DNA of 61,378 nucleotides, filler included, from Nemertoderma westbladi (taxonomy: Eukaryota; Animalia; Xenacoelomorpha), in the NCBI GenBank assembly GCA_032718475.1. It is 3 parts of 3 records of this genome, joined end to end, with 100 filler letters (N's around TTAATTAATTAA, not from the genome) between each part and the next. Parts side by side here need not be neighbours in the genome. Positions count along the whole stretch, not along the records: positions 1 to 24,559 come from JAUCBJ010008536.1; 2 more parts are not named here. One strand, 5' to 3'. Positions 1-13,400 of the stretch are shown one piece after another (the first letter of the stretch is position 1; the number at the start of each line of letters is the position of its first letter). The notes beneath the pieces are model-generated. The model was not told the origin of the DNA and ran no database searches. It was given only the letters and a program-made list of their open reading frames with translations. Made by a program: the position numbers and the translations under genes.

Positions 1-990
1 GGTAACAGTTTATACTTTCGATAATTTAAGCAGTTTTACTAGAGTTCTTCCCAAAAAGCCGGTGTTTCTGGCTTAGACAGCAATAACAACAAAGTATCAA
101 GTAAAAACAGTAAGACTGAACACTCTCCTTATGATCGGCCGAAAAGCTACACGTCGACAGGAAAAATCGCTCTGATTGGCTCAAGCCAAACAAAGAACCA
201 TGCGTCCAATGGCTGTTTCCATGTCAGCAACCAGCTGTTAGATGTCGTAATATGAATCATCACGGCTAAGCTGTGAAAGGTAGTTGGTGCATTGCAGGTT
301 TTTTGCCTTACCATGTCCGCCAAAACACGTATATAGCAGAATGACTTTTATGTCCGTTAAAACACCTGTAACGGTACCTTGCGGGCGAGGGGAATATATA
401 TACAGTTAGAGAACCTTTTTAGAGTATTCCAGCGCCTGGGGGGAAACTGGATTGCGAAGCAAAAGGGGCCAGTTATATCCCACAGAAGCTTTTACATAAT
501 GTCTCGAACATAATGTCTATAATCTCGAAGAAGCTGTAACTTAGCAAAGTAGAAGGAACTGGGGAGAGGAACATGGATAGGCTGGGCTCAGCCTCATTAA
601 TGGAGAGCGTTCAAAGCTTTGCAATGCACAGCCGGAGCCGCATGCTCTTAGCTTGAACAGTTACGAGGAACGTTCAATAAACTTTCCTTCGCACGCTTCT
701 CAAGAACACTTGAGAACATCTCCAAACTTGGATTGAGTTGTGTAGTGTATGGCAGACCGAGTCAATATGTTGATGTTTATACAAATTATTATAATTTAAT
801 ATAAAAAAAGGTTAATCATTGTTATTATTTTGTGAGTTAATTTTTCAATAATAATTATAATATGATTATAGAGGATTGATTTATCAATATTTACATAATA
901 TCTATTATATATTACGTATATTACAATATTTTATAATCAGTACTTATAGAATTATAGATATATAAATCTAGAAATATATTGTCGCTGGAA

Positions 991-1782
991 ATGGCATATT
1001 GGACTTCTGAAGTTACACTGGTAGGCACAATAACCTACTATATATTTACATCAGCATTATGTCAAGCTTTACGTCACACTGTCAATCAGACTATGAGCTA
1101 CAAATCTCAAAAACTAGCCCATCAATTCATTAGCAGCTTCCAAGTTTGTTCCATAATGTATGAAGGAAGCATTCTGTATCAGTATTATGGCCTATTGGGT
1201 GCCCTCGGTAATACCGTGTTGTTGAGCTTCTGTTACCCAAACATTCTCCCTAGTGGCACTGGTGACCCATCAACTACAATATCAGGAATGATTCTTCAAC
1301 AAACCGGTCTGCAATCTGGCCTATTAGAACTGACTTGCCAACTATCAGGGCTATATCTGAGCTGGTTCTTTGTGCGCGCTTACTGGTACGTCGGGATGTC
1401 CGTGGCCCATGTCAGCCGGTTGCAGTCATACATCTGCCGTTCGACCGTTTCTGTACCCACTGCCCATGGTTTCGCTGTTGAGTTCTTCTCCACCTTGTGG
1501 TTTCTCATCGCCAACCACTGGCTCACCGAAAACACTCGATTAAATAAATATACGATTATGCTTTGTAACACTGCTAATTTAACTGCGCTCGTCTACATGG
1601 GAATCCTCAAAACTGGTTGCTTCATTAACCCAATTTTAGCTTCTTCTCAAAATTTCCGCTGTGAAAATGATGAGGTTATAAAGCACATAGTTGTTTTTTG
1701 GGTGGGACCTATCCTGGCAAATTTAGTTGTTTCAATAGCTACTGCTCAAAAACCTGTTGAAAAATTCAATAAAAATAAATAG
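991..1782 (+). CDS. AQP11/12: Unorthodox aquaporin (AQP11/12, superaquaporin type), single coding exon
   Basis: About six hydrophobic segments; degenerate NPA boxes GTGDPS and FINPILA; Cys downstream of box 2 (NPILASSQNFRC); C-terminal VFWVGPI motif. First ATG at 991 (the ORF track starts at a TTG). Confidence 0.85.
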   Translation: MAYWTSEVTLVGTITYYIFTSALCQALRHTVNQTMSYKSQKLAHQFISSFQVCSIMYEGSILYQYYGLLGALGNTVLLSFCYPNILPSGTGDPSTTISGMILQQTGLQSGLLELTCQLSGLYLSWFFVRAYWYVGMSVAHVSRLQSYICRSTVSVPTAHGFAVEFFSTLWFLIANHWLTENTRLNKYTIMLCNTANLTALVYMGILKTGCFINPILASSQNFRCENDEVIKHIVVFWVGPILANLVVSIATAQKPVEKFNKNK

Positions 1783-3315
1783 TAGTACTTGTTGTGGCAG
1801 CAGTCATTAGGAAATTATCACTGATCATTGATCTGGTCACTGTTTTGTCCATAAACGAGGTTGGGAATCTACTCGTAATTGCTGGCGCTAAGTTTTTGTG
1901 CCCATCAATTCATTGGCAGTTTAAATGCAGCTCAAATTAAATGGCTTTCAGAAAAATTGTCTTATTATTTATTTATAACAACTTATCATTTTTCAATTGA
2001 TTTCATACACACCATCGATAGCGAATTGAATACAGCAAATGAGAGATTTGTTCTGGTAATTTATATTATTTTTAAAATTCTAATTTGCATGGTTATGTGC
2101 CTTTTGTTACATTATAATGGAAGTTTTGTACATTCCAGATTTAAGTGAAAGATAACATTTAACATAATTTATCATAACATTTAGTTACCATAATGATTAA
2201 TTTGTGGTAGTCCATTAACTTACATAATGTTATTTGATATATTATGTTGAAGGCCTACCTACACCCTCCTGTAGTGTCTAACAATGTTAAGTAGTTTAAA
2301 AATTAGCACTGGGTGGTACCGGGTCCGAAACGTTAACTGTAAACAGCACAGTGTGTGTCTTAATTTCATACATTATGTTTTTAGTTTTTAGGCCCTATAA
2401 TTGAATGATATTTAATGCAATTAAATAATTATGAATTATAAACAGATTAATATTTCTGGTAAATTTGCAGAGTTCATATTTTGTTTGTAATTTAGCTAAT
2501 TAATTGAATTATTTCAAATATTCTGCAAGTAAATATATTTTAATGATGTTTGTAATAATGAATCTTTTATATGTTAATGATTATTCCCATACCAATAAAC
2601 TCATTAGGGCCCATGTGAAGAATGGCAATCGCTCTTCCAGTTCATCCAATATGGTAGATTTTGTACTTGTGGGTACGATGTGTGAGGGACAAGTATTTAA
2701 TGTTACAATAAACTTGAATTTCTGTGGAAATGTAGTACATTTCGGACAGGGTGAATTTATTTAATGAATTATTATTGAATTTATAGTTTATCAATTAATG
2801 GAAAGGAGCAGGTTCTAATTTGTTCTAACCAAAACAATAAACTAGAGTCAATATCATATGTTGTAGTAAATGTTGTTGTAATTTACGTCGATTTCTCTCT
2901 GAGAAGGGTTCCATTTTGATTTCAATGATATCCCCACCTCCTCCCGGAATGGAAATTTGCATAAAACCTATGGCCTCTAGAATTACATTATGATACTCTT
3001 TTTATGATACTTATTTAATAATTAGATATAAAAATATGTGTGGATGGGGGGATGGGGGGGGGGGTCTTTATGTGTAGAAAGTTGATTAAATATTGCTTCA
3101 CCATCCATAGGTCAAAATGTGGCATTTACTTAAATTTATTATTAATATTATATCAGTAGATGTCAAGATAGTAAGATACCGGTTAAGATATGAGATTAAG
3201 ATTAAGATATGAGTATTTTAAGTGGCAGAACAGGCAGTCTAAGACTGCCTATTCAATAGAAGTGGATTTCAGTACGTTGGAGAGCAAGCGAAAGGGGCAA
3301 GTGGTTTAACTGGGT

Positions 3316-3361
3316 AGCGCTGCTGATGAGGCCTGATAGGCTGAAACGTACGTATAGAGCT
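3316..3361 (+). ncRNA. Minimal type I hammerhead ribozyme (Penelope-associated type)
   Basis: AGCGCTG-CTGATGA-GGCCT-GAT-AGGCT-GAAACGTACGTA-TAGAGCT: intact CUGAUGA and GAAA cores, stem II hairpin, palindromic short stem III (ACGTACGT), GUA cleavage triplet, imperfect stem I. Confidence 0.7.
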
Positions 3362-4459
3362 GGTTCAACCCCCTGGTGTCGTACTTCCTCATTCTTTCCA
3401 TTTCTGAATAAAACCATAATATTACACCTTTAATTACAGTTGCATTAACAGCTCAACTCTAATTTATTTAATTAATTAAATATATGATAACTTTTTGAGT
3501 GGAGAGATGCAAAAAGGGTATATCTTGGGCAATTACAACCTTTTTCCACATCAATTTTTTTCACATGAAATTATATCAATAAGGAAAAGATATATATGGC
3601 TTAGGCGATACGGCCAATCGTTGCAGCTTGGTTTATTACCACAGAGAGTGTCTTCAATATTTTTGCATGCAATTGAATGAACAATCTTACAGGCATGTAG
3701 GCTCTATAATTAAGTAATGCAAATAAATACCTTAAAAAGTATTTGCAGACCAAGTTTAAATGCAGCAATGTGTTACCAGTTTAAAGATAGATTTCGACAA
3801 TAGTGTCATATAGGGAGAAAGAATGAACGACAATCAACATCATTTTTCTATCCCTTTGAGACTTATCTTCATTGTCATTCCGGCATGGTCTCATAAAAAT
3901 GCCTTATCTTATGGTGCGGAATCTACCGATCTGGCTGGAATTTCTCCATGCAAACTTGGCCTGCTGCTGCTTTTTAGTTACCTATTTAATTGCACACCTA
4001 CCTTTTTTTTACTTCTGCGAGCTTGAAAATTAAATATAAGAACAAACTTTATCAAGCGTTTACTATCATCCCATGTTACAAAATAAATCGTGTAGGCCTT
4101 GATCGAACACACTGACCGGTACCCACAGATTTGTTTTACTCCATAGAAAAATAATGGCGAAAATATTACCATATTTAAAACACTATAACATAACATATAT
4201 TAATGTAAAATAAAATATAATATAATATAATAAAATATAATATAATAAATACTCATTATAACAATACTACTATTTACAGATTGTTGAGGTAGAATAATTA
4301 CAGAAAATATTTTATACAAGAAAACACTTGTGAGATATAAAAAATTCCAATCGATTTAAATGTTATATTTTTGTTCTAGAATTCTTTTAAATGTTCAGTT
4401 TCATTGTTTTGTGTTTCTGTGAACTTTAGCACAAACTGCTCTATCCAGGTAGCGAAAAG

Positions 4460-7400
4460 TCAAGTAGCAAATCTCTGCATTAATTCTTGATGACTCATAT
4501 TTTCAAGGGCGTTTAGGGAAACACCGAAATTGATTGCCAGCTTTTCTCGAGTCATATTTCGACCTGCAAAAAAGTAAATGATAGAAAGTCAATACATCCT
4601 CCATATAGACTGTAATATATACAAAATAAATGCGTATAATTTTGAAAAGCGTATTGACTGAACGCGTTTAAAGATTGTAAATTTTTTTGCAATAAATCAG
4701 CTGATAAAAATATTGTTATGAGGGAAATTCTTAACTAAATACTATGCATTAGCAGATCTGGAACAACTTGAGGGGCTTGTTGGTATCGATAATACTGATA
4801 TTAATGAAAATGTGACAGCATTATGCTGATTCGATATATTAATTATGTAATTATTAATTATAATAATGGTATATCGATATAATTCTATTGACAATCGCGC
4901 GAAATCATAAATTTTCAAATATTTTTCAAGATTGAACCACTCATGTGCTGAGCGAAGGCCATGAAATGTATATCATTTCAGAAAAAAATAAATATTCAAA
5001 TAACAATTTTTTTTTATTTCAAGTTTATTGTGTAGTCGTAGTGGCACATAATATCGAAAAAACAATAAACTTTAGAAATATCAACAAATACCTGAACTCA
5101 TAAGTAATTTTCAATTTTTCCACATTTTTTATCCGCTCAACCAAACCTTGCCGCTTACTTTGTCCCATAACTCGAGACCTAAAATAAATCTCAAATAACC
5201 GCTTGGATATTTCAAATCTCCAGATAATTATGCATCTAAAAAGCCAGTAAAATAAAATTTGACAAATATGTCAATGGTTACTGCGGTGTAACTGGTGTAA
5301 TATCGCTGGAGACACTTTTTTTAAACCCTTGTAGCAATTAATAAGAAAGCAAGAATAAAAATTCTGGCTCACCCAGTCAGTGGTCGGAAGGTGAAACTAT
5401 CTCTGTTTCAAATTTCAATCTCATTAAGATTTGTAGAAAAATTAGGGGGGGGGGGGGGCGTGTCACTGAATTACGACACTATATTCTGGGACATGGTGTA
5501 CACCATTGTCTCACTTTTGGCATGTTTTGGTCACTTTTCTGTATATTGCGCCAGTGGTACCGTACCGGTAATGGAATATTGCAAGCTATATATTTCAGTG
5601 ACCAGATGAATAGAACGAGCGCAACGAGAGTTGCAGTGGAGACAACGAGACAAGTTCCTGGCAGGTTCGTTGCAGCGTTCCTTGGTCACGCAGCATTCTC
5701 AGCGAATTATATTAAGAAGTATTAGAGAATAATAACATTAACCTAGAACTAATAACATACCGAACTTGATTAAGATGTCCAACAAGTGAAGTTGTTCCTC
5801 CGTGTAAGGATTAATGGTCGGTGGACAGGATGCGTTGCACAATGGCCATGGACACCAGTCAATCAGATGGTATTTGCAATTCCCAATAGAGTTGGGGTGC
5901 GGAGTCGAAGGCCCTCCACCGTGGCCACTAATCAATTCGATATCTAAAGGAAAGGTAGTAATTAATTAATAAATATAGAATTAGTAGAGGTGTTATAGAA
6001 ATCAGATAATCATTTGTTTTATTAAAGTAATTGTATAAAGTAAATAATTGTACACCAATATGGATGTTATGTGCAAGTGAAACACCAAACTGTCGTAGCT
6101 ACCTGAAAAGTCATCCCAATTGGCTAACGGCATTATGATTTTCGTTTAACAGACAGGAATTACCGCAACTAACTCAACAGGTCGAACGAACTCTCTCGCA
6201 ATCCAACCGCTATGTACTTACTGTCCTTCCAGTTGGCGTCCGGACCGAACTGCTGCGCGAGGTCAGTGTCGGGGTCTGGGGGCGGCGTCACCTTGGGCGC
6301 ACCTGGAGGTCGCACCGTAGGAACAACAGACTTATCCTTCCACCAGCAGTCCAGAGCCGTGGGAAGATTGATCCCGTCCACCTGAACTGAGAGCCACTGG
6401 TCCGTGCTGGTGAGTAGGGTGTGAGCCATGCAGGAAGGTGCGAACACCGCGGGTACTCTCCGCAACGTATGACGCGCCTTACGACCAATGCGTTGCGCGT
6501 ACATCCATTCGTGGCGTTCGTTCGGGTATCTTCCGATGTCGAATTGTATCTGAATGTCGTCGTATAGCCACTGGCTGATAAAGACAGGCGTCTGGAATGA
6601 TAACATAGTAGCAATATTACTGGAACCCAACTATTATGGTTTATAAATTCATATAAATCCAATGCAATTTAATAATACTTAATAATATAATTTTAAATTG
6701 TAATTAGGGATTGTCTCTTTATATATTTACTTATGAGAAGTATCTAGACAACATTATCCATATCTATGCCCCTGTTAAAATATAGGTATACTGTTCTTTG
6801 GCCCTGCTTGATGATTTTTTTGACATATTATTTGAGCATATATTATTAGGTGGTATTTTTGACGTTTGAGCCTACATTATTAGGTAGTATGTTTTACGTT
6901 TGAGTCTACAGTATTAGGTGGTATTTTTACGATTAAGCCTACAGTATTGGATGGTATTGATACATAACTTTTGAGCCTACATGTGGTATTTATTTGAGCC
7001 TACAGTATTAGTTGGTATTTTTACGTTAGAGCCTACAGGTGTTATTTTGTACGTTTCAGCCTACAGGTGGTATTTTGTACGTTTGAGCCTACTATGTGGT
7101 ATTTTGTATGTTTGAGCCAACAGTATTAGGTGGTATTATTAACGTCTGAGCCTACAGTATTAGTTGGTATTTTTTAAGTTTGAGCCTACAGTATAAGTTG
7201 GTATTTTTAACGTTTGAGCCTATAGGTGGTATTTTGTACGTTTGAGCGTACAGTTTCATGTGATACTCATTTGAACCTAAACCTACAGAATTAGGTGGTA
7301 TTTTTTACGTTTGAGCCTACAGAATTAGGTGGTATTTTTTACGTTTGAGCTTACAGAATTAGGTGGTATTTTCTAGGTTTCAGCCTACAGTATTATGTGG

Positions 7401-10400
7401 TATTTTCTAAGTTTCAGCCTACAGTATTAGATGGTATTTTTTACGTTTGAGCCTAAAGTATTAGTTGGGATTTTTTACGTTTGTGTGGCATTTAGCAAAT
7501 AATAAAATACAAGTTGACTTTGAAAAGAGTTATTATTGCGGTTATCAAAGACACACTACTCACTTGAATTGTACGGAACACGTGGTAACCAAAGAAACAT
7601 TTCCATTTACGGTTGCCGCCGTACTCGTCAATGCAACTCTGGGGTAAACGCGGAGCCCACAACTTTATCCCCTCCTTGATCGCCTTTTTGGGTCGACAGT
7701 TTAGGATATTGTAACAGTTGTTTTCAGTAAACTAAAGAAACACATTTATACAGTATGTTGTAACAGCTGCTCAAATCTAAAGGACCAAACAATCTCCAAC
7801 ATTAGGTTAAAGAAATAATTATCCATTACATTGGACCTAAACATAGATACAATTGGCTGTACCCGTATAGGTTAACGTCAAAATTTAAATTAGGTTCAGG
7901 TGTACAGATTCCTTATCATGGGGACTTTACTAATCTAGAACTATAAAGTCTCCAATACTTCTCTAAAACATAATATACTCTATTTTATGCCTGTATAACA
8001 ATTCAATGTACTAAAAATAATGTACTGCCTAGTGCCTATGCTATACATTCAATAAAACAGCAGCTTATCAATTTTGAAATAAGCAGAGCAGCAAAATTAT
8101 CCCAGGCCGACTAACGCAACCGATAATAGAGTGCAAAATTGATTAGCGTAGTAACTGACCTGCTTGTTGTCAACGATCCAGGCGGAATCAACTAGACCTC
8201 TAACATCCGCAGTTACACCCCAATGTGAGAGTTGCTCTCTCGCTCTGTCTATATTCAGAAGAACACCGATTCCTCCAGCACTGCATAAACAATCAAAATA
8301 TTATTATTAATTATCATTCACTAATACATCAATCTGTGTGAAATGATCATAGTGTTAAAAATAGGTTCACAAGCCCCAATTAGAGTTTACCTCTACGCAG
8401 ACAAAATATATCAACTAGTATTACCACATTCAAGATCCATATAGGGCCGCAATTCCTTTTAATTACCGTAATTATTCATTTTATCATCCTAGACCATGCA
8501 AGAATTATCTTAAATTAATTAAATGTTCCACTTCTAAGCACCGAAATGGAATTAAATCAACTTCTATCTACAGTAGTATTTCCAACTTTCAATTATGGAT
8601 AATATCCAAAATAAATCCTATTTTACAACACTCTGATTGGTTATTACAAAACGACCCACCAACCTTGTTCCGGCCAATAGAATATCTGTAGCAGATTGCA
8701 GACCATGGGAGATGAGGTCCTTTAGAACGTTATCAATAATGGTAGAACCCATGAAACTGTATAAGCTGTCGGTGTGAGAAAGATTGGCAGTTCCACTCCA
8801 TAAATCGCTTGAACAATAAGGGATTATCCTAAACAAATATATAATAAGATAACTTTACTGACATTCCTAGCTTCAACGGGTTGAAGACAAGTCTAAGTAA
8901 CTTTACTGACATTCCTAGCTTCAACGGGTTGAAGACAAGTCTAAGTAACTTTACTGACATTCCTAGCTTCAACGGGTTGAAGACAAGTCTAAGTAACTTT
9001 ACTGACATTCCTAGCTTCAACGGGTTGAAGACAAGTCTAAGTAACTTTACTGACATTCCTAGCTTCAACGGGTTGAAGACAAGTCTAAGTAACTTTTCTG
9101 CCTGCCAATCAATTTTTCTTCACTATCAACCACTTCTCACAACTAACTACGTGGAAAAAAATTATCATTATTTTTTTTTTAATATAAAAGTGATCATTTG
9201 ATTGTTTTAACTTTTCCAAACCGGATACAATTAATTTCCTTGTGAATGCACTTTATTCGCGCACGATGAGTGCATTACAAGACATGGTGAATGAGCTGTG
9301 TCGATCAGCTACAAATTTGTGAAAAATTGGAAACCATGACGAAATGGTCTTGGATGAAAATAAATTCCATGAATGACAAAACTCTTATTGCAATGTGCAG
9401 TGCATATTATTTATTATAACAATTGCATATATGGTTGGCCTAATGACGATCGAGTTTATAATATGAATTAATAATAAACAAATAATTACTATATTATAAC
9501 CTTAATAGAAATACACTAATAATTTTCAGTGATTACCGATTTTGTTGAGCTTAAAAAGATATATAGTAGATACCCAAGGAAAAACATAGGATTACCCAGC
9601 AGCAACAAATACTGTAATATTTGAAAGAGCATAATCTATAAATGGATATTTAAAGATGAAGCATTTTGCCACTACGAATAGGTAATCTTTAATTATTATT
9701 ATAAATTAACATTAATTTATACGTGTGTTTGTGTAGGCCTAACAACCAAGCCCCTGGAAGAGTGTCATAATGACAATTGTGGAATAAAAACAATTAGTCG
9801 CTGTTAAGGCCGATTATAATAATACAAATAAGATATGTTCCGCATAATTAGGATATATAATTGATAGACAATATAATTGCTGATGAATTTACAGGATTTT
9901 AGTGTATAAGATATAATATTGCACAAAATAAACGTAAGAGGGAGTTGGTCAGTCCCAACCCTAAACAATTATCGGGTATAATGTTAACTATTCACTTCCG
10001 AGAGAGGGAGGGGGGGGGGGGGGTCGCTTTTGAGGCAAATCCAATATAGGAAAATTAACAATGTTTTACTGGAAAGGAGCAGGTTACTATGGCATGTTAT
10101 TCTAACCAAAACAATAACGGAATATCAATAGCACAGATTAGTTTTTCATTTTTTTACTCGTACGTAATCAGTTGTTATTCGCGAAGATTTCCCCCCCCCC
10201 CCGGGAGAGGGGTTTAATTTCGATTGCATTGCCCCCCCCCCCCCCAATCAATACTACAGTACAATGAACGCATTCGCCACCTATTCTTCACTTTGTTCTA
10301 GGAATTCATTTAGAACTTCCTTACCAACAATCAAACAGACACATTCCACTCCATCACCCCCGAGTTTTTTAATCCGAAGTAAATCGTGATCATTAAACTC

Positions 10401-13400
10401 GGTGAGTTGCGCTCGGAGAGTCTGTTCAGTCGTAGTGAGGAATTCCTCCTTGCAGAGGTGGTACAACTCAGGAAAGGGGATACTGTGTGTGGAACTCTCC
10501 TGAGCCACGTATTGCTTCGCTAGCAGACGGAATATCTTCTGCGCGTTGGACGGAAGACTCTTTAGCACGTGTACCAAGGAGCTGTACGCGAGTATCTGGC
10601 TGTCCTTGCCCGCTAGAACTCCCTTATATAGAGTCTCCTCGATGTAGGGTTGAAGGGAATCTACCTTTTGCCACACCCAACGGAAGCGAGTAGACTTACT
10701 TTGATCCCAAAGGAGAGCGGCGTTGATATGGTCGACGGAAGCGATTAAATGAATCCCCGGTATAGCGGCCAACTGTTGCAAATATTCCTGAGAGTTTCTT
10801 AGAGAAGGTCCGTCGATGTTCAAAACAACGAGAAAAATATCGGAAGCGATGGTCCCAGACGATAAACAACGAGAGATTATCTCCAGACAGTCGCTGACTG
10901 GTTTGCTCGTGGATTCGCCGAACAATTCCTTAGTGATTGTGTTTAAAATCATCCTCACTGTAATATCGGGATCGGAACCGTTTACAACTAGGTTGTGATA
11001 CTTCGAAAGGTATTTGTCTTTGAATTCCTCCAAAAGTAGTCGTTTTGAACCAAACCCGTATAATATTACGTTAAAGTTATTAATTAAAAGACCCCACCAT
11101 TTTGGGAACTGATTTTTACATCTTATATTAATTTCTTTGAAGTTATTCTTGTGTCTTTCGTCACTTTCTCGCAATTCCTCTATTTTTCTATGGATATCTA
11201 ACTGCGTAACTTGAGTTTCTAATTTTATCGCATTCAATTTTTTGTTAGATGTCGGATTTTTAGCTGATTGCGCCTCGAAGTAATTCGATAAGAATGCATC
11301 TAAATCCGAAACATTGCTACCAGTAGGAACTGCAGCCATGATAAACCAGTAAACTTGAAACTGTACTACTGTACTACCTGCTGACATATGAACGGTATAG
11401 CAGTACTACACTACTGCAGTACTGTTCTATCGACCTTGACTACACAGCTACAGCAAGATTTGAAGATAAGCTGATAGGGGGAAAACTGGACGCAAATAAC
11501 AGCTGATTACTCTCAAAAATAAAACTGTAACCTGTTGCTGTTCTATTGTGTTTAGTTTATTGTTTTGGTTAAAGAAACCAATAATACTAAACATAAGTAA
11601 ACTAAACATAAGTTCCAATGTACTAAACAAACTAAACATAAGTATAGCAGCACTAAACATAGTCCTAACTACTGTATATTAGATATACTGTATGGTGGGC
11701 ACATAACCTAAACTAATGTAAACTACAGTACCTACATACTGACTGAAATACATACATAAACTAGAACGGGTCTTAAAATTAAACACCAGTTAAATAAAGT
11801 AACGGAAGTAATATAAACTTAAGTAATAATATTTTTTAGTATGTTAATGTAGTAGATGCACAGAGAGTTTATGTTTAAAGGAGTTAAAGGAAGTTCCCAA
11901 TCGTGTATCAGCGAGCAGGCAGAGTTCCTACGGTGGCTGAATCATACGGTGGCTGCAAGCAAGCAAGCAAACAGTCGGCCGAAGCCGGAGGCGACCCGAA
12001 GGCTCCTCTTTCGATAGCTGCTACCCGAGGGTAGGGGCCCCCCACTACTCCTATCCCAAGATTTGCTCCCAGTTATTTAACTGGTACTCATTTTATCGAC
12101 CCCAGTGGATGAAAGGCTGAGTGGACCCTGGCGGGGCTGAACCTACAACCAATAGATTGCAGGCCCGGCGCTCAACCAACTGAGCTACCCCGCCTTGGAC
12201 GGTGGCTGAATCAGGCCAAATAAAACCAATTTTCTTAGTCATAAAATCATTTAAAACCACTTTTCTTAGACGTGGAAAAATCATATAACATCACTTTTAT
12301 CAGTTGATTAAAAATCATACAAAACCGATTTTCTGTTGTCACTTTGCCATTTGCAGACTGCTAAATATGATAATGAATAAATATGAATATGAATATAAAT
12401 ATTATGACTAAGAAAATTGGTTTTATTTGGCCAAATAAATCCAATTTTCTTAGATGTGGAAAAATCATATAAAACCACTTTGACGTACTATGCGAGTTGT
12501 AAAAATCATATAAAACCACTTTTATGTACCGTGCGAGTTTTAAAAATCATATAAAACCACTTTCTGACTTTTCTCCGTCGAATAAAAATCATACAAAACC
12601 ATTTTTCCAGGTCTTTTAAATATCATATAAAACCATTTTTCCAGGTCTGTAAATATTAATACAGTAATATAAAACCAGGTCTCTCAAGTCGAGTAAAAAT
12701 CATATAAAACCATAAATCTTATATTATTATCCTATATTACGATTTATATACATACGCTATATATATACGCTATATTACGAGATTATGAAATCAAGACCGG
12801 TACCATAGTACCCCATTGCCATAGAGCCCAGCCAGGCCATGGCCCATCCAATTAACTGAACATGCACATGCAGACATGGCAGCATGGTGCCAGTACACAG
12901 TGGTAGGCACATTTGTCTAACCGGTTGCTAACCAGTCTGCAACACACTGCACACAGAGTTCCAGATGTGTGAGGCTTGCATAAAAATAGAATTATTTCGT
13001 AACTTTAATCTACAGTATGTCTAACAATGAAGCATTTATTCAGTTGATGAACTTGAAACAGATTGCACCTAGCAGCCTAGACCTACTTGAGAAATGTAAT
13101 GTAAGCAGTGTTGATTAAAATTTGGGTCGTGATATTTAATTATTTTAATTGCGCGTTGTTGTAGGTTCTGTGTAATTTATGTATGCTCATGTTTGGTTTT
13201 TAGGTTTGCGTCTACGACGGCGGGGGCCCATTTATAATTTTCCCACTAATATTGACTTCTTGGGAAGTAGATATTTGTTTTAACTAATTAATTGGCAGAC
13301 CAACTACAGAGAAACAGGGTGGGGTTCTTTTAAAATTAATCCCTCTGTAATACATCTCGCAAAATAACGCAAATACATCTAATTACTCCGCAACCTATTC

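Noticed and set aside
43-255. Stop-free plus-strand stretch as a candidate KCNQ linker exon (also 18587-18716)
   Set aside because: No recognisable homology and no convincing phase-compatible donor.
8851-9096. CRISPR-like hairpin repeats (also considered for the 36-bp and 63-bp arrays)
   Set aside because: Head-to-tail units with no unique spacers, no cas genes, eukaryotic context.
10010-11580. ORC2 flanked by opposite-orientation MITE copies, suggesting a composite transposon
   Set aside because: This MITE occurs at least ten times in the window, the two copies are diverged, and no shared TSD is visible.
12120-12194. Possible tRNA-Cys gene
   Set aside because: Stems are broken and it continues into a SINE core and tail with flanking direct repeats.
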